In this document: piece by piece, positions 10,101 through 19,458 of the stretch | Layout: every line of letters starts with the position of its first letter | How positions within the stretch are numbered: position 1 is the first letter of the stretch | Assembly (NCBI GenBank): GCA_963754945.1 | Contig: CAVWIG010000007.1 | Span: forward strand, 50,134-114,133 | Length of the DNA stretch: 64,000 nucleotides | Source of the DNA: Methanotrichaceae archaeon | GTDB lineage: Archaea > Halobacteriota > Methanosarcinia > Methanotrichales > Methanotrichaceae | Direction of reading: 5' to 3' | The notes under the pieces: model-generated | What the model saw: the letters and a program-made list of their open reading frames with translations, nothing else | The model's database searches: none | What the model was told of the DNA's origin: nothing | Position numbers and translations under genes: made by a program

Positions 10101-11234
10101 GTGGCCAATCGAAATTTTGTCTGGATCTTGATACCCTTCTTCTTTTTCACAGGTATAGCCTTGGGAGGGTATGATCTATCCGGAACCACTGGAACAGAGA
10201 ACTTGACCGCGGCCGACCCCATCGTGCAGAGTCTGGAGACCGATACAGGAAGTGCTCTTGCTAATGCTATGGCACCGCAGGTGTCTGCAACAGAATCCGG
10301 AACCGAGATTGCATTTTACACGACGCAATCTCCGACTAAGACTGAGCTGAAAGGGTTGATGCCCTTCAATGCTCAGTCTAGCCCGTCCACATACGTATTC
10401 TACAAAGGCAGCTACCTGGGGTGGAATGGGTTTACCTCCCAGTTCCCCAGCACTTCGCCGGGCTTATGGATTGAAAGATCTGTGAGTTGGTCGTTGTACG
10501 CTACGATGCCCCTGGGAGGTTGGGCGCGAGAACTTCTCTATGTGCCCGTTCCCTCGCCCATTACCCTGTACGAAGTCTATCCCAGCGGGTTTGTGATGAA
10601 ATACAATCTGGGATTTGTTCAGCCTGGCTACTACTATATCTGGTACTATGCCGACGCTCCAGGGAGACATCTCGATATATTCAGCGTCACCAGTGGTTAC
10701 AGCAATATGGTAGTCATCGATGTGTACTCTGTTCAGCAACCTAAGCCGGTTCCACCCAAACCAGTTCCACCAACCCCTAAGCAGCAATGCGAGAAGAACC
10801 CTACGTGCAACTGGGTGAATGGCCAGTGCCTGTGTACCGGCTTACTTCCAGAGAATCCGGAGAAGTTGAAATGTGAGCAGAATCCCAACTGCAACTGGGT
10901 AAACGGCCAGTGTCTCTGCACAATGCCGAATCCCGATGATCAGGAGAGAATTAGTTGTGAGCAGAACCCTGATTGTGATTGGGTAAATGGCCAGTGTCTC
11001 TGTCGAGGTGTTCGTCCTGAGGACCCCGAGAAGGTGAAGTGTGAGCAAAACCCCGACTGCAACTGGGTAAACGGCCAATGTCTATGTACCGGACTAAACC
11101 CTCCTGCCCCCGAACCTCAGCCCTCACCTATGCCGGGACCTGTGCCTAATCCCAACCCAGGGCCTGATAATGATGCGGGAGGCGACAATTCAGGTGGGCT
11201 CTTGGGCAGCAATGCAGGAGCAGTGCCTAGCTGA
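10101..11234 (+). CDS. Secreted protein with four Cys-rich repeats and Pro-rich linkers
   Basis: Signal peptide; four copies of CE[KQ]NP.C.WVNGQCLC; PKPVPP and PAPEPQP linkers. Confidence 0.85.
   Translation: MANRNFVWILIPFFFFTGIALGGYDLSGTTGTENLTAADPIVQSLETDTGSALANAMAPQVSATESGTEIAFYTTQSPTKTELKGLMPFNAQSSPSTYVFYKGSYLGWNGFTSQFPSTSPGLWIERSVSWSLYATMPLGGWARELLYVPVPSPITLYEVYPSGFVMKYNLGFVQPGYYYIWYYADAPGRHLDIFSVTSGYSNMVVIDVYSVQQPKPVPPKPVPPTPKQQCEKNPTCNWVNGQCLCTGLLPENPEKLKCEQNPNCNWVNGQCLCTMPNPDDQERISCEQNPDCDWVNGQCLCRGVRPEDPEKVKCEQNPDCNWVNGQCLCTGLNPPAPEPQPSPMPGPVPNPNPGPDNDAGGDNSGGLLGSNAGAVPS
10788..11090 (+). repeat. Four intragenic Cys-rich tandem repeats
   Basis: TGGGT(G/A)AA(T/C)GGCCA(G/A)TG recurs four times at roughly 81-87 nt spacing. 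Confidence 0.9.
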
Positions 11235-11465
11235 GAATCAACATTGGTGAAATGGACGGAAAATGCCCGTCGATACCGGGATCACTTCTGATCCTGGTAT
11301 CGATTTATACAGCTCAACTGTGATGGGATGTAAAGAGCTCCCTGTCTTGAGGGCCGATATAGAGCTGGCGACAAAAAAAACATGTCATTCTGCTATGTTC
11401 GTCGATCATCTCGATATCAATCTGTCAGTGCTCGGAGTCCAAACGCGGTCACGATGAAGGCGGAT

Positions 11466-12248
11466 TTATCCTGTCTTCTGCAGAGCTGTAACAACATCGC
11501 GGGTTGCGAGGATGCCTTTCAGCGCTGCCGGGAAGCCCGCGTAGACGGAGACCAGCAGCATGATCTCGACGATCTCTGCCTCGGAAAGGCCAGCTCGAAG
11601 CCCGCCACCGATGTGGAACTGGAGCTGCGCTGGGGCTGTGCCAATTGCCGCAAGCGCTGCAATGGTCGCCACCTGCCTGTTCCGGATCGGCAGAATGCCC
11701 CGAGCGTAGATGTCCCCGTATCCGAACTCAATAACATACCGCGTGATATCCGGGTTTATCTTGTCATACGTTTCCTTGAGCACCTGCTCCTGATTGGGTG
11801 CGATCCGCATGAGCCACTCCTTCCCGCGCTCGTACCTGCTCTCTGAACCGGCATGGACTGAGGCTTTTGAGAGCGTCTGTCCGGTCTCTTTTAAGACCTC
11901 AACGAGCGTCCCCATGGCTTTCAACATTGCCGGGAAACCCGCGTACCCGCTCATCTGTATGCTGATCTCGCGGATCTCCTCTGGAGTGCAGCCTACATGG
12001 AGCGCGGCGTGGATATGAACCTTCAACTGAGGTGCCGCTGTTCCCATTGAAGTCAGGACCGCCACAACTGCCTGCTCTTTTGTCCGGTTGTCAAGGGTCT
12101 CCCGCGCATAGATCTCTCCGAAAGAATATTCGATGAGGTATCTGGCAAGGTCCGGGCAGATATCATTGAGAGCCTCTTCGACCTTTAGACCGGCTTCTCC
12201 ATCAATTTCAAGCAATTTTCTTCTTCCGATAGCTGCGTAATCTGTCAT
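11466..12248 (-). CDS. Carboxymuconolactone decarboxylase family protein (two CMD domains)
   Basis: Duplicated FG(Y)G.IYAR..L...QL..HI..AL..G...YAGFPA motif. Confidence 0.92.
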   Translation of the reverse strand: MTDYAAIGRRKLLEIDGEAGLKVEEALNDICPDLARYLIEYSFGEIYARETLDNRTKEQAVVAVLTSMGTAAPQLKVHIHAALHVGCTPEEIREISIQMSGYAGFPAMLKAMGTLVEVLKETGQTLSKASVHAGSESRYERGKEWLMRIAPNQEQVLKETYDKINPDITRYVIEFGYGDIYARGILPIRNRQVATIAALAAIGTAPAQLQFHIGGGLRAGLSEAEIVEIMLLVSVYAGFPAALKGILATRDVVTALQKTG

Positions 12249-12317
12249 GACTTCACCCGATAATTCGTCTCTGTAACATCACGGTACAGGCGTGGCCACA
12301 CCCGAAAGGGATAGGTG

Positions 12318-13136
12318 TTACCGCCATGTTACCGCGATCGGATTGCGCCGGGGGATCCCATACGCCTTGTACTGCGGATAGCCGAACATCATTGCATAGG
12401 CGCATTTCCGTCCGGCTGGCAGGCCGAGTTCCTTCTGGAGCGGTTCATAGGAGGCGGCAGCCATTGCCACAAAGCCCGCCCAGCAGGTGCCGATACCGAA
12501 TGCAGGCGCAGCGACATCGAAATGCGTGAGCGCTATGATTGCATCTACGGATGCAACCGGGTTGCCCTCCGGGATATGGGCAAAGAGCAGGTGAGGCGCG
12601 TCGCGGCAGATGACATCGTGTCCGCTTTCCCATGCTCCGATAAGCACCGGCACGTATCCGCTCATCGGATGGTTCGTGCCTATCATTGTTTTCATCCATT
12701 CGACGGTCAGTCCGGCGATCTTTTTCACTCTCTCTTGATCGTGGACGATAATCCACTGCACCGGCTGCCCGTTGCCTCCCGAGGCTGCGTACCTGGCAAT
12801 ATCAAGGATTTCAAGGATCTTCTCCTTTGGCACAGGATCTTTGGTGAAGTGCCGCACGGACCGTCGTTTCTTGAGGTAGAATGCTATGTCCTCGGGAGAG
12901 ATGGTGCCTGCACCGGCTGGTAGGGGCACCTTACCATCCGGGCGGACATTCAGGAGGAGAGCCTGCGACGGACAGGAGACCTCGCAGTGCCCGCACTGGA
13001 TACACATGCCTGCGACGGCATCTTTTACAGTCGGCAGTGTGTTATCATCAGCGGGGGTGACAATTGCTATCGGGCAGACAATAGAGCAGATCCCGCACCG
13101 GGTGCAGAGATCCTGATCAACAAGTATCACGGTCAT
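12318..13136 (-). CDS. Nitroreductase family protein with N-terminal 2x[4Fe-4S] domain
   Basis: CTRCGICSIVCP and CIQCGHCEVSCP; RRSVRHF, ASGGNGQP and GIGTCWAG motifs. Confidence 0.93.
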   Translation of the reverse strand: MTVILVDQDLCTRCGICSIVCPIAIVTPADDNTLPTVKDAVAGMCIQCGHCEVSCPSQALLLNVRPDGKVPLPAGAGTISPEDIAFYLKKRRSVRHFTKDPVPKEKILEILDIARYAASGGNGQPVQWIIVHDQERVKKIAGLTVEWMKTMIGTNHPMSGYVPVLIGAWESGHDVICRDAPHLLFAHIPEGNPVASVDAIIALTHFDVAAPAFGIGTCWAGFVAMAAASYEPLQKELGLPAGRKCAYAMMFGYPQYKAYGIPRRNPIAVTWR

Positions 13137-13175
13137 GTTCTTTTCTTTCCTCAGGTAATTCAACTCATCCTGCAA

Positions 13176-13781
13176 TCAACAAGCACCGGTATTTCTGGAT
13201 GTGTTTTTGGAGTGGTTCATCGTCTTTAAGAGCCAAACCATATTCTGCCCGACTCTCTTCGTCTGTTCTATTCCTTCCCTATCCCGTTCAACATCGCCGA
13301 TATCTCTCCCTACACCAATACCGGGAAGCCCGGGAACGATCATGTCGTTCGCCAGAAAAAAATGGAGCATCGAATCAATGGTACGGCTGGCTCCGGTACG
13401 CCGCACGGCAACAACGGCGTTCCCGACCTTGTGACTGAAGGGACGGTCGTTGGCATACGAGACAAATCCGGTCCGGTCGATGAGTGCCTTCATCTCCGGT
13501 GTGACATCGAGGAAGTATACAGGTGAACCCAGGATAATCCCGTCAGCCTCAGCCATCTTCGCAATACACTCGTTCACGATGTCGTCATCGAAGATGCAGC
13601 GCCGGTCACGGTTCTCAAAACATTTCATGCACGCGATGCAGCCGTGGATCTTTTTCCCGCCGACCTGCACGACTTCCGTGGTAATACCGGCTTTTTCGAG
13701 TTCATGCAGCACCAGGCGTATTAGGAGACTGGTGTTTCCTTTCGGCCGCGGGCTCCCGTTGAATGCAACAACCTTTGTCGT
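13176..13781 (-). CDS. Iron-sulfur flavoprotein (flavodoxin-like); expected start codon reads ACG
   Basis: KVVAFNGSPRPKGNT, GCIACMKC and GSPVYF motifs. The conserved N-terminus begins at ACG 13779-13781 behind a GGGGTGAT RBS, with no in-frame ATG there. Confidence 0.85.
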   Translation of the reverse strand, partial: TTKVVAFNGSPRPKGNTSLLIRLVLHELEKAGITTEVVQVGGKKIHGCIACMKCFENRDRRCIFDDDIVNECIAKMAEADGIILGSPVYFLDVTPEMKALIDRTGFVSYANDRPFSHKVGNAVVAVRRTGASRTIDSMLHFFLANDMIVPGLPGIGVGRDIGDVERDREGIEQTKRVGQNMVWLLKTMNHSKNTSRNTGAC

Positions 13782-13785
13782 ACCA

Positions 13786-14348
13786 TCACCCCTTAATCAG
13801 ATTTTTCCCGTCACTCCAAGCATTCCCGGCATACTTCCCTAGTGTCCAGTAGCGGTTGTCGGGCATCGTCAGGAAGAGCGGGTCGATCTCCGGGAAATCC
13901 GGCTTCCCGTCTTTTATAACCCTGCCATCCGCGTATGCGCCTGCAATCTCGCCGATGAAGAGCGTATTGGTCGGGAGCGGGACGGTCTGTACCAGCCGGC
14001 ACTCGAGGCTGACAGGGCACTGCCTGATCATCGGCGCTGTTTTCAGCGAACCGTAGAAAACGTCAAACACATGGGACTTGTCGGTCTTCTCACCGGATAC
14101 GAGACCGCAGTAGTCGGTCTTATCGAGAGGTCGGAAGAAGGGATGTTCACTGAGAAGGTCTTTGTCTCCTCAATTCCCTTCGACGTATGGTGATGGTTCC
14201 CGATCCCACAGACGATCATCGGCGGGCTAGCGTTCGCCCGTGAGCACCAGCCCACTGTCATGAAGTTGGTAATCCCAGAAACCTGCGTCCCTACGAGAAC
14301 CACAGGCATCGGGATGAAAAAGTTCTGTCCGATCTGAATCTTATCCAT
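13786..14348 (-). pseudogene. Flavin reductase family protein, frameshifted
   Basis: N-half PMPVVLVGT...FSVNIPSSDL and C-half DKTDYCGLVSG...APMIRQCPVSLEC lie in different frames; one C is missing near 14127. Confidence 0.85.
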
Positions 14349-14528
14349 AGGCTTTCCACACTCCCTGGAATATGCAAGGGCTGCTGACTGCTGACAGAAC
14401 GCCATATACAGGCAGAACACAATCTAATCTTTCTGCAACGGCATTCGGAACCATTAGATTAAAATCTGCCCTAACTGTATTTATAGAAAATACAGGCATA
14501 ATAGTAACATACTTTCATAATGGTAACT

Positions 14529-14900
14529 ATGACCTACACGAAGAACGGGAAGACCTACCATTGCCCGGTGGAGGCAGCACTGGATGTGATCTGAGGCAAG
14601 TGGAAACCACTCATCCTATGGGCTCTCGGAGATAACGTGTTGCGCTTTGGCGAGCTGCAGAAGGGGCTGCCGGGCGTCAATACCAAGATGCTGACGAAGC
14701 AGCGCGAGCTGGAGCAAGACGGGGTTATCAAGCGGACGGTCTATCCTGAAGTGCCGCCTCATGTGGAATACAGGATCACGGATTTCGGCAAGACCTTAAT
14801 TCCCATCATGGAAGCGCTCTGCAACTGGGGGGCAAACTACCTGGGGATTGAGGATGCATCTTCGTACCAGTGCCCGACGAAAGTAGGAAAAAAGAAATGA
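14529..14900 (+). pseudogene. HxlR family transcriptional regulator with in-frame TGA
   Basis: MTYTKNGKTYHCPVEAALDVI*GKWKPLILWAL...RFGEL...YPEVPPHVEY; TGA at 14592-14594 replaces the first Gly of IGGKWK. Confidence 0.88.
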
Positions 14901-14934
14901 TTAAGCACCTTTGCCGACGAAGACATAGGGCCGT

Positions 14935-15720
14935 TCATTCTGAAGCGTCGTCGATCATCTCGAGACCGACTGGACAGTGATCCGAGCCCAAAACTTCGGT
15001 CATAATGAAGGCGGATTTTATCATATCTTTTAGGTTATCGCTCACAAAGAAGTAGTCGATCCTCCAACCCACATTCCGTTCTCTGGATTTGGTCTTCAGG
15101 TCCCACCAGGAGTAGTTCCCGCCCTCTTTGTTGAAGATGCGGAAGGTGTCGAGGAAGCCATGAGAGACAAGCTTATCCATCCACGACCTCTCCACAGGAA
15201 GGAAGCCGGATATCCTCTCGTTCTGCTTAGGCCTGGCAATATCTAACTCAGTGTGAGCTGTGTTGACATCGCCACAAATAACGATTCTACGGTCCTCTGC
15301 CTTCAGACGGTCCACCAGCTCCAAGAAAAGATCGTAGAACCTCAGCTTGTACTCCAGCCGCTCCTTCGATGCTTTGCCATTGGGGAAGTACACGTTGAAA
15401 AGGATGAAGCTTCCGTAGTCGGCAACTATTGCCCGGCTCTCGTCGTCGAAGCCGTCAATCTCCAAGGAGAATTTCACAGATAACGGCTTCTTTCTGGTGA
15501 AGAGCCCGATACCTGCGTACCCTTTCTTAAGCCCGGAGGAAAAGTAGGTATGGTACCCTGAAGCGTCCTTAACCTGGGACGGTATTTGGTCATCCCTGGC
15601 CTTGGTCTCCTGAACGCACAGGATGTCCGGCCCGTCTCTTTGCAGCCATTCAAGGAAGCCTTTCTTGTGGACGGCTCGAAGGCCATTCACGTTCCAGGAG
15701 AGAATACGAATTGTGGGCAT
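14935..15720 (-). CDS. xth: Exodeoxyribonuclease III
   Basis: SWNVNGLRA, QETK, GDVNTAH, GWRIDYF and GSDHCPV motifs. Confidence 0.97.
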   Translation of the reverse strand: MPTIRILSWNVNGLRAVHKKGFLEWLQRDGPDILCVQETKARDDQIPSQVKDASGYHTYFSSGLKKGYAGIGLFTRKKPLSVKFSLEIDGFDDESRAIVADYGSFILFNVYFPNGKASKERLEYKLRFYDLFLELVDRLKAEDRRIVICGDVNTAHTELDIARPKQNERISGFLPVERSWMDKLVSHGFLDTFRIFNKEGGNYSWWDLKTKSRERNVGWRIDYFFVSDNLKDMIKSAFIMTEVLGSDHCPVGLEMIDDASE

Positions 15721-15820
15721 TCAATCAATCCTTTCCGAAGAAACCTTCATTCCATACAATTCAACTTGTCAATTGCCTCCCGAATATTCTCCCCTGGCTA
15801 AACATGAACATTATACGTTA

Positions 15821-17194
15821 TTAACAAGATTCGGATATTTCGTTCAAATATTCTGGTTTTAAATATCGAACTAGACCCAATTGCTCCAAGACCTTCTCCC
15901 TTAGTTTTGAAATCGGGATATACCTGCAAATTTTATTTAAGGGCGGAGTAAGCTTTGAAAAGGTCGGCCTATTTATTTCAGATATAACTTTCCTCCGGCG
16001 CTCATCTGGGGCTACAATATATAGTGGAATATTTAAATTGGGTTGCATAGATATTAAATCTGACATACGAAGAAGTCCGGAATATATAGAAGTGGTGCAT
16101 TCAATTTCAAACGCCGCCATAATTGCTTTATCTTTTAGCCATAATACATCTATCAATTCAACGGTCTTATTGGTCGATTCGTCAAATTGCCTCGGAAGTT
16201 CGTTCATGAACCTTGGAATATCAATAAAACGACATCCATTAACTTCTTTACCCTTATCATTTCTAGCCACCCAGACATCTAAGCCCATTTCGCTTCCTAA
16301 CTTGAGTAGCAAATATTGGACTCCTTCATGCATTGTGTTTTCGCTTATGTCTGTTTGATATTCTCTTTCACCAATTGCTATCCGGATAATTTTGGAAGTT
16401 GCCCTCGGATGATCAGTTTTCTGAAGTATATCGATTTTACTTTTCGTACTATCGGATGGCTGGAAACCTAACTCGATAGACTTTTTATGACAAATTTTTG
16501 CTTCATCGTTCTTTCCATCCGATGTAAGAATTGAACACTTCAGATACCATGCCGCTCCATCTTGTGAATTGTATTCGATGGCCCTATTTATGCAACCAAG
16601 AGATTTTTCTAGCTCGCCTTGCTGATACAAAGCTTTGGCCTTATTGAACCAGGCTTCGGGAATCTTTGGATCAAATTCTATCGCTTTATCAAAACAATCA
16701 ATTGCATCCTTAGAGTTGCCGAGCGATATTAGAGCTTCCCCGTTTCCAATCCAATTCCATATATTTCTTGGATTGATTTCGATTGCTCTCTCATAACATT
16801 CAATAGCATCTTCATATTTTTCTAATTTGTATAGGCAATCTCCTTTTATTCCCCAAGCATCCGCATTTCGCGATGCCTTCTCAATTGCTGTATTTACGGA
16901 TTCCAAAGCATCTTCGAATCTATTTAATTTTATTAAAGATTGTCCTTTATTGGTCCAAGCCCAAGAATTTCTAGGATTGATCTCAATTGCTTTATCGTAG
17001 CATAAAATCGAATCATCATATTTAGCCAAATTATAACATATTAATCCTTTATAGATCCATGCCTTGGAAAATCGCGAATTCCTTTCGGTGGCTTTACCGA
17101 AGTAATCGAGGGCTCCCTTGAGGTCACCCTGTTTAAAATATTCAATGCCCATTTTATATAATACGATTTCTTTTTTCAATCTTCCCATATTCAA
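15821..17194 (-). CDS. TPR-repeat protein fused to a putative PD-(D/E)XK-like nuclease domain
   Basis: About 7 TPRs (AW..KG..L..L..YE.AI.CY..AIEI.P). C-terminal H..VQY.LLKLG..MGLDVWVARND, IDVLW and AFEIECTTSIYSGLLRMSDL. Visibly AT-rich. Confidence 0.8.
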   Translation of the reverse strand: MNMGRLKKEIVLYKMGIEYFKQGDLKGALDYFGKATERNSRFSKAWIYKGLICYNLAKYDDSILCYDKAIEINPRNSWAWTNKGQSLIKLNRFEDALESVNTAIEKASRNADAWGIKGDCLYKLEKYEDAIECYERAIEINPRNIWNWIGNGEALISLGNSKDAIDCFDKAIEFDPKIPEAWFNKAKALYQQGELEKSLGCINRAIEYNSQDGAAWYLKCSILTSDGKNDEAKICHKKSIELGFQPSDSTKSKIDILQKTDHPRATSKIIRIAIGEREYQTDISENTMHEGVQYLLLKLGSEMGLDVWVARNDKGKEVNGCRFIDIPRFMNELPRQFDESTNKTVELIDVLWLKDKAIMAAFEIECTTSIYSGLLRMSDLISMQPNLNIPLYIVAPDERRRKVISEINRPTFSKLTPPLNKICRYIPISKLREKVLEQLGLVRYLKPEYLNEISESC

Positions 17195-17309
17195 TTGATG
17201 TGAAACTTTGCGTTTCTATTTATATGCTTTGGTAATAAATAAGGTATCTATCGATGCGAGGTTTTCACACAAAAGGTGCATTGTCAGCATCTTCTGTGCT
17301 GAGGCGCTT

Positions 17310-17599
17310 TTATAGTCGACCATACATTTTATGCGCCTGCTCGATAGTGCCAAGCCATAGGATTCTCACTATCTTTTCTTCCTTGAAAATTCGATAAAAT
17401 GCTGTATAAGATCTCGCTATGTGCATACGATAGGCGTCGTAATCAGAGAAATGGAGTAACTCTTTGTCGCCGTGCTTTCCTGGGAAAGGTCCACTTCGAG
17501 AAGCTTAAGTTTATCTTTTACAATTCGGTTGCTCTTACTAGGCAGATCGTCAAGAAACTTTTGGGCATCTTCGTCTATCAGTACGTGGAAATTTACCAT
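17310..17599 (-). pseudogene. RelE/ParE family toxin, frameshifted
   Basis: AQKFLDDLP...LEVD then, in another frame, PFPGKHGDKE...YRMHIARSYTAFYRI...VRILWLGTIEQAHKMYGRL*; one C is missing near 17490. Confidence 0.75.
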
Positions 17600-17895
17600 T
17601 TCATCTCTACGAACTTCCCTCTAGCCTCGATCCTCTTCAAGTCGCTAACTAGCCTCTGCTTCTTTTCCCTTTCTATCATATCAGCGAGCAGGGAATCATA
17701 GGTTTCTCCTGCCTTTTTAAGGCTGGATAGCTCACTCCACACGGCTGGAGAGACGGGAATGCGCTTGGTTGCAAGTATGTGCTTGGCCTTATGAGCCTTA
17801 GGCATGCGACTAGTGGTAGCTGCATCTTTATTTTCGGACACCTGCTCTGGTGCTGTCACTCGATTGATCTCAGGCGGGTGCTTGGTTACGAGCAT
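17593..17895 (-). CDS. Putative antitoxin (archaeal VapB3/DUF7557-like)
   Basis: TKRIPVS..VW.EL..LK..GETYD.LL..MIE motif; overlaps the start of the RelE-like gene. Confidence 0.7.
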   Translation of the reverse strand: MLVTKHPPEINRVTAPEQVSENKDAATTSRMPKAHKAKHILATKRIPVSPAVWSELSSLKKAGETYDSLLADMIEREKKQRLVSDLKRIEARGKFVEMKW

Positions 17896-19458
17896 ACAAT
17901 ATTGTAAGGATTGTAACTAAATATACCTTGCTTTCCAAATACCATCGAATGCATCGATGAATCCTCGATTTCCACCGAAACTTGAAAACGATTGTGGCAG
18001 ATTATAGTCTTGATATAAGTAGTGAAGACTGCTAATTAGTTCGAGACAAGATCCGTCATAAGTAAGTAGCCAGATTTTCTTGAGCAACCAATGCGTCACC
18101 CAAGGAACGCGAATGGCATTCATCACTACTAGGTTTTCACATCTGCTCATATCGCAACTGTAAGAGTATAATGTCTGGAAAGGAAATCGGCTTGCCGAGC
18201 GGATTACGCAACAATTTTGTTGTTATTCCCAACAATTGTTTAAACATCAAGCTCGATTTGATACATCTATTGCGGAAAGTACCATAAAGTTTAGATAGGT
18301 TAGAATATCTCAAATATCTATGTCACACGAAGATAGCGATGCTTTTTGCCGAAGATTTCAAAATGAGCTCTTCCAGCAAAAATATACGGCGATAAATAGC
18401 CCTGGATGGCTTTACATGGCCATGTTTAAAGCAGGACGGCTGTCCTCAAAGCTAGTCGCAGTGGCTCCTACACCATATGTAAGGACTATAGAATCACCGT
18501 CGATAATATACGACGCTTTCAAGAATTGGTCGAAACCCATATTAGGTAATTCAGGGACGGCAATACTATTGTTCGTCACTTATAGACCATCCATAGGCGA
18601 TGTTGAGGAAATTCTTAAACTAGTGCACCATAACGCAAGTTTTAAATCTTATAAAAGGTCTAGAATATAGATCGTGGCAAGAAAAACAAAATTCTGTGTG
18701 AAACTGGAAGAGAAAGAACGAGAAGAGTTGAACCAGTACATCCGTCGTGGGAAGTCGTCTGCAAGGAGTTTAACTCGCGCAAGAATACTGCTCCTGGCCG
18801 ATGGAGGGCAATCCGATGCGGAGATCATTGATGCATTGAAGGCGAGCAGAACGACAATAGTGAGGATAAGAAAGAGATATTTCGAGGGTGGCCTGGAATC
18901 TGCATTGAATGAAAGATCTCGCAGTGGAGCGCCTCCGAAGATAGATGCACGAGTTGAGGCTAAACTGACCGGCATTGCTTGCTCAGATCCGCCTGAAGGC
19001 AGATCGAGATGGACGCTGAATCTATTGGCCGACAAGCTTGTTGAGCTGGGGGAAGTGGACTCGATCTCAGGAATGAGCGTTTGCAGAGCGTTAAAAAAAA
19101 TGAAATAAAGCCATGGCTCAAACAGCGATGGTGCATAGGGAGCATGACGAGCGAATATATCTGGAACATGGAAAATGTATTAACTCTGTACGAGCAACCA
19201 TATGATCCGAGGCATCCTGTGGTTTGTTTCGACGAGAGGCCATGCCAACTGATAGGCGATGTCTTAGTGCCTATACCCATGAAACCAGGCAGTCCGAAGA
19301 AGGTGCATTATGAATACGTCCGTAACGGGACATGTTGCATCCTTATTGCTTTTGATCTTCATGCAGGAAAAAGAATGATTCGTGTCATGGAGCACAGGAC
19401 AAGGGTGGACTACGCCCATTTCATGAAAGAACTTACCCAGCAATATCCAGGTGTAGAA

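Noticed and set aside
10788-11090. Regularly spaced repeats as CRISPR or DGR template/variable repeats
   Set aside because: The repeats are in-frame coding units with largely synonymous variation, and no reverse transcriptase is present.
14592-14594. TGA as selenocysteine in HxlR
   Set aside because: The position corresponds to a conserved Gly, not Cys, and neighbouring genes carry other lesions.
17917-18150. 77-aa minus-strand ORF in the island
   Set aside because: No motif or RBS evidence; it may be a gene relic.
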